From: Eledone cirrhosa
Taxonomy: Eukaryota
Assembly (NCBI GenBank): GCA_964016885.1
Contig: OZ024741.1
Span: 200,756,001-200,820,000, forward strand
Direction of reading: 5' to 3'
Length of the DNA stretch: 64,000 nucleotides
The notes beneath the pieces were generated by a model. That model was not told where the DNA came from, ran no database searches, and saw only the letters and a program-made list of their open reading frames with translations. The position numbers were made by a program, and so were the translations under genes. Shown in pieces: positions 40,309 to 53,739 of this stretch (its first letter is position 1; each line of letters opens with the position of its first letter).

Positions 40309-40419
40309 GTAGTAATAGGTAAATAAAAATACAAGGTGTAAAGCAACTCAATTCGGAAGGGCGAATTTGAATATAAATATTCAGGTCAGTGCTACAATGG
40401 CACCATGCCAGCAGTCTAC

Positions 40420-41490
40420 TCATACTCACCGAAGAGTAGCCCAGTTGCTAGACCTTACACCATAAGTGAGATAGATACTGGCACGACAGCAGGAATTGAC
40501 GGCATCTATCCCGAATTCCTTAAGAATTGCTCGAGATTGGCTGGCTTCTATTTTCAGAGTCATCCACTCAACTGGAGTTATCCCTAAGATCTGAAGAGAA
40601 GCCAAGGTCATCGACACCCTGAAACCCGCGAAACTGATGATCATGCAAACTACCGGCCAATCTCTTTTCTCTTTACCTCTTACAAGCTATTTGAATGGCT
40701 TCTCTTGATTAGACTTCGCCCTTTAGTAGAACCAACCTTGCCTAAGGAACAAGCAGGCTCCATACCACAAAGGAGTTGACTGATCAAGTCCTCGCCCTCA
40801 CTACCTTCATCTAGGCTGGCTAGCTACCTATGAGGTCTCAAGGCAGAGGCTGCTCTGGTCGACCTCTCTTCTGCATACGATACCTTCTGAAGGCCTGTCG
40901 TACCATCATGTGCTAAGCAATTATGCACATCCTTGCCTCCATACTCTGTAACAGAAGATTCATAGTGTCCCTAGTAGATCAAACAAGTTCAACCAGAACT
41001 CTGACTGATGGCCTTCCTTAAGGTTCCGTCCTGGTACCAATGCTCTTTAACATCTACGTGAGTGCTATGCCCAGGAAAACATCAAAGAAATATGTATATG
41101 CAGATGACCTTGCCTCGGCTAACCAATCTACTCACTTTGACCAACTCAACTTTACACTCACAGAAGACCTGAAGAAGATGGAGGACTACTACTCCTACTG
41201 GCGCCTTCGGCCCAGACCAAGCAGGACCACTGTGACAGCCTTTCATCTAAGTACTAGATAATCTAGGACGGAACTCAAAGTTTCATTCTGTGGTAAACCT
41301 GTCAAAAACGAATCGCGCCCCAAATATTTTGATGTAATATTGGATCACAGCCTGACTTACCGATACCCTCGAAAGATGGTTGCCGGAAAGCTCAAGATCA
41401 GGCTTAATATCACACACAAGTTGGCAAAAACAGCTGGTAGTCTGATGCACACGCGCTCCGAACTGCGTGCTTATCAATTGCATACTCAGT
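40420..41490 (+). mobile_element. Decayed non-LTR retrotransposon RT (I/Jockey-like)
   Basis: AGIDGIYPEFLK, NYRPIS, EQAG, GLP*GSVLVPMLFNIY, YADDLA, PKYFDVILDHSLT. Confidence 0.82.
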
Positions 41491-41508
41491 TGCAGAGTTA
41501 TGTTAAAT

Positions 41509-41569
<61 letters not shown>

Positions 41570-42044
41570 GCTTAGGCGCAGAAAATAACTGTTACTAAAA
41601 ATACTTACAAAATAGGGTAAAGAACCTTAGAGACAGAAAAGGAAATTTACAGCAGCCCCTACGAATGATCGAACCTCGCATCTCTTAAGAGACCATCTGA
41701 GTGCTATAATCCTTGAGCTAAGGGACCTCTGACAACACCTTGCCGTCTGAATTAAGGAACAAAAGCAAACATCAGTGAAACGTTAACAAACATCGTGTGC
41801 GAAGCTTGAAATGTACATACGAATCGCTGAGAGAATAACATTTATAGAAAATGTAGTATGGTCAGGAAACTTCTTTTTCCGCTTCTAATAGTCTTTACCC
41901 TCTTTTATAAGTATTTCTAATAACAATTAATTTCTGCGCCTGGGCATACTACATTTTCCATAAACTTCATTCTCTCATCGCACGCGATGTTCGTCTAAAT
42001 ATATATATTCATGTTATTAAACCTAATATTGAGTTCTGTTACTC

Positions 42045-42110
42045 TGGAGTTTCGCCTGTTTATCACAGGGTCATCAGACAAGAAATTGTCTCATGACCCT
42101 CTGATAAACA
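42045..42110 (-). ncRNA. Hammerhead motif, C.C stem-II variant, in a small inverted repeat
   Basis: CTGATGA-C-CCTG(TGATAAA)CAGG-C-GAAA (42077 to 42050); the cleavage triplet is decayed. Confidence 0.5.
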
Positions 42111-42169
42111 TCACAACAGGAGCCATCTGGCTTTGATCGTGATGATGGCCTAAATGAGATAACTCTCTT

Positions 42170-42520
42170 CCCATTCAAGAGAAGTAAATCCCTAATCTAG
42201 GATGTGACGTACTGCGACTCGTTTTCTGCCCCCAACCTTGTCGCATCGGCTACAAACCTAGGCCACCCACAGTACAGAGGAAGGGATAATTGCCAAATAC
42301 CGGGGTTTAACAGATCACTTCCTTTTCAAGCCGTTTGTCGTCGAAACTTCAGGCATCCTAGGACCCTGAACTACCATTTTCATTCGCAAAATCAGAAAAA
42401 TGGCATCCCGCCTAAGGAAGGAACCCCGTGAAGCTGAGTGGCTGTTGCAGAAGTATCGGTGGTCGTTCTCTGTGGCAATGCCTTCGCCGTTTTTATCTGC
42501 AGGACGCAGCTGAGAGATAC
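42170..42520 (+). mobile_element. CRE-like LINE 3' relic
   Basis: DVTYCDSFSAPNL..ATNLG, VETSG, EPREAEWLLQ. Confidence 0.7.
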
Positions 42521-42802
42521 CGCTCAGAATGGGGTGTAGACTGTCATTCTCTCCCCCACTTCTCTTCCTTTCGGTGTTTAATTTTTCTTTCATTTCCTTT
42601 ATTTTTTTTCTATTCTTCATTCCCTTATTGCTTTATATAAAAAAAAAATGTATTTGAGGATTACAGGTTTTCGCTCCATTGTAAAAGTGCTACAACATAG
42701 ACCGGCAGAATGTTGTACATAGCGAGTTTTCATGGATCAGTGACAAGACACAGCTACTAATCTGTGATTGAACTGTACTTTCACCTATTTCTTCTATGAG
42801 CC

Positions 42803-43450
42803 ATTGGCTTAGTGGTTAGAGCATTGGGCTTGCAATCGGGAGGTTCTGAGTTCGATTTTCGAACCGAGTGATGCGTTTTGCGCTTCAGCAAGAAACTTTA
42901 TTTCACGTTGCTCCAGTTTATTCAGCTGTAGAAATGAATTGCGGTGTCACTAGTTGCAAGCTGTATCTGTCATTGCATTCCCCTTGGACAACATCTGTGG
43001 CATGGAGAGGGAAGACTGGTATGCATGGGCGACTGCTGGGCTTCCACAAACAACTTTGTCCGGACTTATGTCTCGGAAGGGAATTTTCTAAGTGCAAATT
43101 CATTATTCACCCTTTGTTAACATTGACTTCCAATTTAGATGCAAGGCTAATAATTTGAGGTGTGGGATAAAGTAGATTACATCGAACTCCAGTGTATTAA
43201 TGGTACTTATCGACCCCGAAAGGATTGAAGGCAAAGTTTTCCTCACTGAGATACAGCGCCGGATAAAATTCCATTGCATTACTTTCTCTGACTCATTACA
43301 TTCTGAGTTCATATCCTACCGGTGTCAACTTTGCCTCTCATCCTTTAAGGGTCGATAAAATACAGTATCAGTCAAATGCATAGATTGATTTAATCGACTT
43401 TGCTCCTCCTCCACAAATTTACTGGCCTTGTGTCTAAACCAGAAATCAAT
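42803..43450 (+). mobile_element. Second tRNA-SINE family plus adjacent V-core SINE pieces
   Basis: A-box TGGCTTAGTGG, B-box GAGTTCGATT; a related decayed copy lies at ~63050-63250. Confidence 0.7.
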
Positions 43451-43550
43451 ATTAAAACAAAGTATGAAGCATGAAAGCTGTGCTAATATTGCATTCACAA
43501 TGAATGTTTAACACGTGCGCGCGTGCACTTTCAAAGCGAGAAAATATACT

Positions 43551-44772
43551 TGCCGTATTTCCCGGGGTAGAAGACGCTATTCCTTTCTAAAATAAGTCTC
43601 GAAAATCTATCATGCGTCCTGGGGGCCAGAGGTTGCGTTTCTCATAGGCGTATCCTAACCCCACGAGAGAAAAGTTATCTATGCTAGACAGTAATCTGAA
43701 CTCCTATATATGACTGCTCAGTGAAGTGTATAAATTATACTTAGTTAAAGTAGTAAATAAACAAAAGTATTATAAAAAATTTAAAAATATATACGCAATC
43801 ACAAAATTCATTCCCGTATTGGCAAAGTATGGTAGACGCGGAAACTGACAAGTGATGTTTTTACATGTGTATCAATATTGCTGGTATTTTCACTCTCTTC
43901 AAACAACCCGATTTTAAGGGAACATTATTACGTGACAAAAGAAGTAATAAAAAAGTTTTGCCAACAAATATTAATAACAAGACTATTGTAATCACTCACT
44001 TTCTGCCATGAAATGTATTGCTTTCAGTCAGCAACATATGCTTCCTCCTTGATCTCTGAAGGCCATAGTCTTAACCAGTTCAAACCGGAACTTGCTGACG
44101 TTAGGAGAAATCCTTTACCTTCAGAAGATTTGACTTCACATTTTTAGCACTGCCGTTATTATGGCAACCTCTAGCAGAAGACGCTCTTTCAAAATCGACT
44201 ACAAGCTAGAAGTGATTGAATATGCCAAGCAGCATAGCAAGAGGGCTGCAGAGAGACATTTTGGAGCACCGCCAACTGAGATCGACAACTGGAGGAAACA
44301 AGAGGATCTGTTGAAGCCTGTGTCAGGACTTAAACGTAACCTGCATCTGTCTGCAGCTAAGTGATCAGAACTGAAGCAAGAGATGAAGGAGTGGATAGTT
44401 GCAGAGAGAAATTGAGGTTTTGCAGTATCAACAAAAATAATTATTAATGAATCAAAAGGGAAGGCAGCAATACGTGGTCTGGATGACTTTCGTGGCACAT
44501 CAAGCTTGTGTTACAGATTTATGAAAAGGCGAGGACTGGCAATGAGATTGAAAACAAGAATAGTACAAAAAATGCCTGAAGATTATGATAACAAAATAAT
44601 CGAATTTCACAGGTTCATAATCATTTCAAGAAAAGAGACTGACTACAAACTGGGTCAGATCGGAAACATGGATGTGGTACCACTAACGTTTAATTTTTGT
44701 TCAAACTTTTGGTTGTCAAATTTGAGGTGCGTCTTCGAGGGCGAAGTGTATTCGAAGACGGGAGGTACGGTA
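43551..44772 (+). mobile_element. Pogo-type DNA transposon deletion derivative
   Basis: Imperfect TIRs TGCCGTATTTCCCG / CGGGAGGTACGGTA; RRSFKIDYKLEVIEYA..RAAERHFG (Brinker-like DBD), RFMKRRGLAMR, IGNMDVVPLTF. Confidence 0.85.
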
Positions 44773-45966
44773 TATTAAAAATCATTTAGGAAAATGGAAG
44801 TTCTCCTTTCGATGCCCCCAAGTAAATCGTTTGCTTCTTGTGAGATGCGCCACCGTTACTTGCGAGACGCGCCACTAGCTAGAAATAGCCATCAAATCTT
44901 CTTCAAATCATCCTGAAGACGAACACTATGCCTGCAAACAAACCGAGGTGCAGGGGTCACTGGTGGAATGTTTTCGATCATAGGTCTGATCAATCAAAGC
45001 TTACCAAGGGCTAATGATCAATGTCAATAACAAGTAATATATCATCACCAATTAACTCCGCCTACGCGTATGTGTATGTGTTTATGTTTATGTGTTTGTG
45101 TGTAGGTCTTTGTGTGTGTGTATATGTGTGTGTTTGTGTGTGTATATGTGTGTAAGCGGAAAAGAAACCTTTAATGCTCTATTTTTTAAATTATATTTTA
45201 GCATAGAAGAGATTGAAGTGGTGATGTTCATGACTTTATCAAGAAGTTATCGGCATAAACTAAGTGGTTTTGAGCCAGGAATCGAAACCAGTCTGCAACC
45301 CGCAGTCTGGATTTCATCTCCTGCTATGCGGTACTTGTCATAAAATATACCATTAATATTAATCTACCGCGTCTTTGAGAGAGTTACTTTTGCCCTCGTA
45401 CACATATCGAATATTGCTGGAAAGCTGTCATAACGATAAGTGAGAGAAGGTATCAAATGTCTGTAATGTTTTCTAGAAACATTTGTCATTGTTTTGTTGT
45501 TGTCGCTTTAGTGTTGTATTCGTTGTTGTTGTTCTTCTCCTCGTTCCCCACCTCCTCCCCTTCTCCTTTTCCTCTTCCTCTTCTTTCTTGTTCTTTTTCT
45601 CTCTTTGGTTACAGCTATGTCAGCTAAATAAATGATATCGTTAATCGAAGAGGCTGCTTCACTGATTATGGTAGAGTGGAGAGATCATTAGAGAACGTTT
45701 TATGATAAACATTATCGTCTGCCTTTCATTAAATATTTATTGTAGTTTCCACAGCTTTCTTTCTTTCTCTAGTGTCAAGTTACAGAAATAAAGTGAATCG
45801 AAAGAGGGGGTGGGTAAGATGTGAGCATGGCTTTTTTTAAGCTGTCAACGGCCGGAGAGAAAGGGAGAGAGAGAGAAGGAGAAGGGACAGAGAAAGGGGC
45901 AGGAACAGAAAAGGGGACAGAAAAGGGGGGGGCAGAGAGAGAGAAAGAGAGGGGGGATAGATATAT

Positions 45967-46045
<79 letters not shown>

Positions 46046-46326
46046 AGATATTGTTGATGGCGTTGGAATTCTTTACATTACACAAAGTTGGCCACCGGGA
46101 TAGTAATAGAAATTTATACTTTGGAAATTGTCATTAGAAGAGTTTCGATAAACGATAGCTAACTTCCTTTATGATTTTTCCCTGGCACAAAATATTGTTT
46201 GGAAAGAGAAGCAACACAAAACCACCAAGTAGACGACAAACATGTATCACGTGATATAAGTAATCAGATCGGCGAAACTAAAACCATACCATACTGCTTA
46301 TCAACAACATAGTCAAACAAGAACAC

Positions 46327-46425
<99 letters not shown>

Positions 46426-46540
46426 TAAGAGGAATTCCAACTTTGTCTGATTTACTCGTTTTATTTACAATCCTTTAAAATATATATAATGGTATTATAA
46501 TGAAATAGTATGATAGAATATTAAATTCTAAGTGTTAATT

Positions 46541-46577
46541 GAACAAGTACTTTCATGCTTTCGCAATCTTCAGGTTC
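46541..46577 (-). ncRNA. Minimal hammerhead ribozyme (left arm)
   Basis: Reverse complement of 46652-46688. Confidence 0.82.
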
Positions 46578-46651
46578 ATGATATGTGGTGACAGTCGAGT
46601 TTGCAATTTCCACAGTTGAAAATTGCAAACTCGACTGTCACCACATATCAT

Positions 46652-46688
46652 GAACCTGAAGATTGCGAAAGCATGAAAGTACTTGTTC
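46652..46688 (+). ncRNA. Minimal hammerhead ribozyme, U.U variant (right arm)
   Basis: GAAC-CTGAAGA-T-TGC(GAAA)GCA-T-GAAA-GTAC-TT-GTTC. Confidence 0.82.
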
Positions 46689-47126
46689 AATTAACACTTA
46701 GAATTTAATATTCTATCATACTATTTCATTATAATACCATTATATATATTTTAAAGGATTGTAAATAAAACGAGTAAATCAGACAAAGTTGGAATTCCTC
46801 TTATTAATATAATCTTCTATACACAATCATACACACCCGTGTATATTTACCTATCTATATCTATATATATATATATATATACACAAAATTTAGTACAGCA
46901 TAAACGAAGCTCTGGCTGCAGCTAAGCTAACGAATGCAATCGGGGTGTGCAGCTAAGTACTCAATAAGAGTCATAACATTACGTTAGACAGCTTTGCAAA
47001 TTGAAGACAGCGACCGATAGAAGGGCCGTAGTGACCAAAGCGACGAAAGAAACTGAACTCAGGAAAATATTCTTTCACTATTATTTCACTATTATTTCAC
47101 TATTATTTCACTATTATTACACCAAG

Positions 47127-47313
47127 AGGGCGGTGGATTGGCAGTATCGGTAGAGGGTCGGACGCCATGCTTTCCAGCATAGTTACGTCCCTTTACGATC
47201 TGAGTTCAAATCCCGCCGAGGTTGACTTTGCCTTTCATCCTTACGGGGTCGATAAAATAAAGTACCAGTAATGCACTGGGTAATTGCTGGCCTTGTGCCT
47301 AAAGTAGAAACAA
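47127..47313 (+). mobile_element. Family-A SINE with TSD ATTACACCAAG
   Basis: Consensus match; direct repeats at 47116 and 47316. Confidence 0.9.
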
Positions 47314-47424
47314 TGATTACACCAAGTATATCCTACATAGGAATTACCGCGAACTCGCTGCCTAACTATGGAAACATCTTGTTGAGTTAAACGAAGCTGT
47401 ACGTTAAAACTATCCACGAGGCAG

Positions 47425-47481
<57 letters not shown>

Positions 47482-47691
47482 TAACAAGTTATCGTTATAG
47501 GTAATCCAGTTAGAGGCTTGAGTACTCTGCGTCGTGGATAGTTTCAACGTACGGCTTCGTTTAACTCAACAAGATGTTTCCATAGTTAGGCAGCGAGTTC
47601 GCGGTAATTCCTATGTAGGATATACTTGGAGTAATAATAGTGAAAGAATAAAGAGTAACATGGTTGGCTGTACAACAAGGGGCTTTATTTT

Positions 47692-47799
47692 AGGTATTAA
47701 CAATTGTTTCATTGATCAGGTGAATCTAGAGGCCGCTAATCGCTCCAATTTGCGTCACTCGATCTCCATTACATTATTTACCTCTGATCAAATCCTCAG
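47692..47799 (-). ncRNA. Hammerhead motif with a large stem-II insertion, within the inverted repeat 47645-47937
   Basis: CTGAGGA-T-TTGATCAG-[~64 nt]-CTGATCAA-T-GAAA-CAATTG-TT. Confidence 0.65.
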
Positions 47800-47939
47800 A
47801 GGTAAATAATGTAATGGAGATCGAGTGACGCAACTTCGAGCGATAGCGGCCTCTAGACTCACCTGATCAATGAAACGATTGTTAATACCTGACATAAAGC
47901 CCCTTGTTGTACAGCCAACCATGTTACTCTTCATTCTTA

Positions 47940-47997
<58 letters not shown>

Positions 47998-48009
47998 ATA
48001 TATGAGGAG

Positions 48010-49470
48010 GGTCATATTGTCCTAATATTGCCAAAAATAGTAAAACACACTCATTCTTTGGCTTGGTTTTCGATTCAGTATATATATATTTTGATAAATC
48101 TTTCTATAAATAATTTAGCTGCCAATCAATGTTTACATTGATTGACCAACGTTTAAAAATATGAATATAAATATAATTTTTTAAAAGTTCTTTCGCCACA
48201 CATTTTCATGTGACATCGTCAGTGATTATCGTTGTGTTTCCTTCCGTTGCGTTTCTATAACGTATTTTTATTGTCTCTGTTTGCGCGTGCATTTGTGTGT
48301 GTGTGTGTATTCTGTTTGGCGTTTGCTCGTGTGTTCGTGTCTGAATCTGCATATGTTTATGCGTTTATATGTTATCCTTTGTGACTAGTGTGTTTGTATG
48401 TGGGTGTTGATATTGTATCTGTATATATTTATATTCTATCTTTGATTACTATTGTGTGTTTGTGTATGGTTGTTATTATTCCATTCATGTTTTCTGTTCA
48501 GCCAAGGTTTTCTTAATTCCATTTTTGTAGCTTCCCTAAGTGCCGAGTCATTCCGATATTTAGATATTATTTTAACTTTTATGTTATGTATTTTACTAAC
48601 ATGTTTTAGTCTGGTGTATTCATATAGTACTGAATTGTCTTTTTGTCCTTTTAATTCACTCCAGTGTTCAACTATCCTTTCTCCTCTGCTACAGGCTGTC
48701 TCTCCTATGTATGTCGTTGTCCTGTTTTTGCAGGCACCTTATGCCATAGATTACGTTTTTAGTTTTAAAATTTATTTGTGGACTTACTCTACATACTATA
48801 CATTACTTATTTGTACAGCAGTCTTTCTTAAAGGGGTAAGTTTTACTGATCAGGGATTTTATGGTATTTCCTGGCTTTTCTACCACTTTAATATTTAAAT
48901 AGGTTTTTATTAGGGCTTTTCTAAATCAACTAGCTAGTTCACCTCCAGGGGTTGCATCCATGAACATGATACTCTAGTATCTCTGCTTGTCATACCATGA
49001 GTTGGCTTTCCCTATCTTTCTCATACTCCTATCTATGCTATTTCATGATATGCTCCGGTACAGCCGGAAAATCCCTGTCATGTCCATCTCTATGAGAGTC
49101 TTGTATTTCGCCGTGGCCCCTTTGTACACCATGATCCTGTCTCTTTAGCTGTAGCTCACATAAAACAGAATACACACACACACAAACGCATGCGCAAACA
49201 GAGACAACCAGCACAAAAAACGTTTTAGAAACACAACGGGAGTAAATACAGCGATAATCAGTGAAGTTGTCACTGGAAAATGTGTGACGAAAGAACTTTG
49301 AGAAATTATATTTAGATTTAGATTTGTAACTGTTGGTCAATCAATGATAAACATTGATTGCCGATTAAATATTTATAGAAATATAAGGCAATACACAGAA
49401 GCGAAAGCCAAACCAAACTGTGAGTGTGTTTTACTATTTTTGGCAATATTAGGACATGATCGTCCCCAAA
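48010..49470 (-). mobile_element. PLE relic (GIY-YIG) with inverted pLTR copies; HHR on minus strand at 48183-48226
   Basis: Minus translation YIGETACSRGERIVEH..DNSVLYE; HHR CTGACGA-T-GTCACA..TGTGGC-GAAA-GAAC-TT; inverted copy at ~49170-49470. Confidence 0.7.
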
Positions 49471-49577
49471 TATAGCAATATCTGTTTCAACACACGATTT
49501 CATATCAAAAACCTTGCAAAACAAATACATCGCCTTATATGTAGCTCGTTCATCAGATGAAGTAGTTATAACTATTT

Positions 49578-49641
49578 CATCTGATGAACGAGCTAGACGT
49601 TTCTGTAAGGATCGTCTAGTCTCCTGAAACCTTTGGTAATG
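49578..49641 (+). ncRNA. Hammerhead ribozyme motif
   Basis: CAT-CTGATGA-acGAGCTAGACG...CGTCTAGtCTCct-GAAA-CC(TTT)GG-TA-ATG, preceded by an inverted copy centred at ~49568. Confidence 0.72.
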
Positions 49642-49735
49642 CAATAATTATATTGTGTTGTTTGTTATGTAATTAAATATCTCTGTACTATACATAGAGC
49701 ACTCTTCTTTCCTTTACCTTTTCTATGGAAATAAT

Positions 49736-49792
<57 letters not shown>

Positions 49793-50685
49793 TATATATA
49801 TATGTGTGTGTATGTATGAATGTGTGTGTGTGTAGAGAGAGAGAAAGAGTGTGTGAGAGAGAGAGTGAGAGAGAGTGTGAAAGAGAGACAGAGAAAGAGA
49901 GAGTGTCTGTGGTGCCGGGAAAGGGGAGACTACTAACAGGGGTTGTGGAAGCATTTCTGAATTGGGGGAGGGAAACAATTTGGTCAATGTAGTAGTAGTG
50001 ATTAGTTTAGCTGTTATTATAAATATCAACCAAGATATAAAAAAAACTTCGATATGGCATAAACATAACATGTACATACATTGTAGCGCATATACAAATA
50101 GATGTGTTTTGGTAGTTTGGAGAGAAAAATATAATTATTGGGGGATAGGCATGCCCTCCCAGTTCAACCGTCCCTGATCAAGGAAGTATTCTATGCATGG
50201 TGAGATGCAGAGTGGGTATAGTACAATCCCCACCTCGGCGCCACGCGGTTTTGACTTGTGTGTTCAACAAGCTTTTCCTAGGGTGTAGTAATATTTGTAG
50301 GCTGTGTATTTGGAATTGAAATATCAAGACCGTTAGTGGTATGTCATATATCAAATTATATATTTTATCTGACGAGGACGTACTGGAAAAATAACAACAC
50401 AGTACCTTCGAAATATATATAATAAAGCATATTTTTTAATTATATGAATATCTTCATTTGTTAATATTTTGAATAATTATATATATATATATATATATAG
50501 GTTTGTTGGTTCACCACTGGATAGAACTGGTCATTCCGTATGGTCAACCGTCTTCGTTTAGTTGTTGGTGGTGCGAGTACGGAGTTAATTATTATAAAAT
50601 AACAGGAGGCTGGACTGGTGTAATTCCTTAAAAAGTTTAATAAACCTTTTAAGGAATTACACCAGTCCAGCCACCTGTTATTTTA

Positions 50686-50875
50686 TAATTGTTTCTACTT
50701 TAGGCACAAGGCCAGCAATTACCCAGTGCATTACTGGTACTTTATTTTATCGACCCCGTAAGGATGAAAGGCAAAGTCAACCTCGGCGGGATTTGAACTC
50801 AGATTGTAAAGGGACGTAACTATGCTGTAAAGCATGGCGTCCGACCCTCTACCGATACTGCCAATCCACCACCCT
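50686..50875 (-). mobile_element. Family-A SINE with TSD CCTGTTATTTTATAAT, at the edge of a ~100-bp hairpin (50591-50689)
   Basis: Consensus match and direct repeats. Confidence 0.88.
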
Positions 50876-50889
50876 CCTGTTATTTTATA

Positions 50890-50952
<63 letters not shown>

Positions 50953-51708
50953 TATATATATAGTAATAATAATAAATTTGAAGACTAAAATCCAAACACA
51001 AGTTGCTCAACCACTATTTTATTTATATAAAATAAAGATTACAATAAAATTCATGGGAAATGTATGATAGTTATCATATATTAGTGAGTACGTTGAGTGG
51101 CATAATCCATTGTTTCGTTGGTGCAAACAGCGAAAGCATAGTCCCCTGGATCACAAGAACAGATTCCCGTTGCTTTTTATCTCAAAAATAATTTATTGCA
51201 TTTAAAAAGGATTCAACCTTTGCATTACACAGTGTATATGTAAGTACATAAAAACACACATAGCAGCAACCGAGAGGAGTGTGTATAGAAGGGAGGAGGT
51301 ATTGGAAATAGTAGTGGACGGTGTATTCTTTACCTGGTATGGTTGCAAGAGAAGCTGCATAGCTTCGCATAAGATGATACAGTGGTACAACCATAAACAG
51401 CTAAGCTGCAAGGTGTCAGCCCATTACGTGCATGAATAGAGGAGGGAAGTGGTGGGGACGGAGTAAATCTTAGGAAACATTTACCACCGACGACGTTGCC
51501 ACAGCCGCGGCATTGGGTGCCTCGCGAACAGACAAGTGCGCAAGAGAAACAAGCACACATTGATGTGAGCATAGGAAGGTGTGTCGGTAGTGTGCGCAGG
51601 CAGGTGCACATAGATGTGCACGCATCCGAAAGAGGGGCTGGTGGTTAGGTGTGTGCAGAGGTAGATTTGTGTGGAGAGGTATATATATGTATATATGTAG
51701 GGATGAGT

Positions 51709-51763
<55 letters not shown>

Positions 51764-52023
51764 ATACTTTGGGAGGGTCATGTTGCCAATAAGAAACACA
51801 CGCACCAGTTGCTTTCACTTCAATTTATTATATATTTATAAATTTATAAATTTCTGGTTGGTTGGTTGGTTCCACAACCAGATAGTTGTTTATATATAGT
51901 CATAGTACTTTCGTCACACACTCTGTGACCTCTTATTGGCAACATGACCCTCCCAAAGTATAACAATATCGGTTTCAACACACGATTTCAGATAAAGAAT
52001 CTTGCTAAACAAATTCAGAAACG

Positions 52024-52106
<83 letters not shown>

Positions 52107-52600
52107 GGGGGGGAGTGTTTCTGAGGTGTGTATTAACTTAAACAAATGTAGCATTTGACGATACATGTTTCTATACAGCAATTTTGTAAACAGTCTATGC
52201 AAGTCACCAGGTGAATTAATCGGACGAGTTGAATAAACTGCTTTTAAACAAAAGAAAAAAATGTTTTTATTTTCTGTTTTTTTTTACACTGCGCTACATT
52301 TTATATATCATAAGAACTCGAATATAAGCCGATCCGAATATAAGTAGACCCTTATTTTATGCCATAGAAATGAGCAAAAGTCGAAACCCCGTGTATAAGC
52401 CAAGGCAGCTAATCAGTGTATTGTTTAAATGATGCGATTTTGAAATTTTCATGAGTGGAGAATGTATTTATAAAGTTTTAATATTTTTTTATATTTAAAA
52501 TGTTTTAATTGTCGTTTAGAGTTTAGCTTTTCTTTTACAACTCCTGTATGCTCACAAGATGGTGTAGGAGATAACAAAGAAGACAGAAAATAACAAATTA

Positions 52601-52643
52601 GTCTCTAAGGAGGTCACAGAATGTGTGACGAAAGAGCTTTGAC
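52601..52643 (+). ncRNA. Relic hammerhead motif (G5 mutated)
   Basis: GTCT-CTAAGGA-G-GTCACA(GAATG)TGTGAC-GAAA-GAGC-TT-TGAC; related copies at ~21010 and ~51905 (minus). Confidence 0.55.
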
Positions 52644-52929
52644 AATAAACAAACTATCAAGTTATTAGACTAACCAACTGAAAATCTATAATAAATTGAA
52701 GTGAAAACCAACAAGTGCATGTGTTTTTATTGGCAGCATGACACTCTGAAAGTATAAATATAAATATATATATTTATTCATTTATATAGATAGATATATG
52801 CGTGTGTGTGTATGTAATTGTGTGTGTGTATATATATATATATGCATATATAAATTATGTATATATAAATATATATGTGTGAGTGTTAGTGTGTGCGTGT
52901 ATGTGCGTATGTGTGAGTGTTAGTGTGTG

Positions 52930-53005
<76 letters not shown>

Positions 53006-53006
53006 C

Positions 53007-53132
<126 letters not shown>

Positions 53133-53739
53133 TTGTATGTTTGAGAATGTTACTGTTACAATTTCTCTCCAAATTTTCTCCTAACCTAACTCTGTAATAT
53201 TAGTTCTTCCTGCCAGTTTCTGACATATCTTTCCACTTTAAACAGAGCTCATACAACCTTCTACCCCCTACTACTAAGTTTGTGTTTTTTCACTTCTCTT
53301 TCATCCACGCTCTTGAATTTATTTTCTCACTTGTTCACAAAACATTAACCTCAGACACAAGTCAATATAAAGTTTTCTTTTTCCTTCGTCCGATATATTT
53401 TTCATACATGTTTTATTTGTCAAAGAGAAATAAAATAAATAAATAAATAAATAAATGAAATGTTAAAAACCCAAAACGGTAAAAAAAAAAGACAAATAAT
53501 AAAAGTAAAAAAGTAACAATAAAGTAACAAAAAAATAATAAAAAGGAATATAAATCAGTTTTTTTGCCATGACATTAATGTAAACCTTCCTAGCTATCGG
53601 GGGAAAAGCGTCCCTCTTGCTCTAGCGTCAAGAGTTTGTTGGATTTCTATGGCAACACGTGCTAAACATCGATGCCGACGTGTAAAACGTTTCATTCCTT
53701 TTTTTCTCCATATGTTCCCACTTAGCAATTACAAGGTTG

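Larger units (their letters stand above)
46419..46810. repeat. Perfect palindrome, ~190-bp arms with a ~8-nt spacer
   Basis: Arms are identical as far as can be read; (TA)n flanks. Confidence 0.95.

Noticed and set aside
52305-52405. Tigger/pogo-like subterminal repeats (CGAATATAAG)
   Set aside because: Too decayed, and no partner TIR found.
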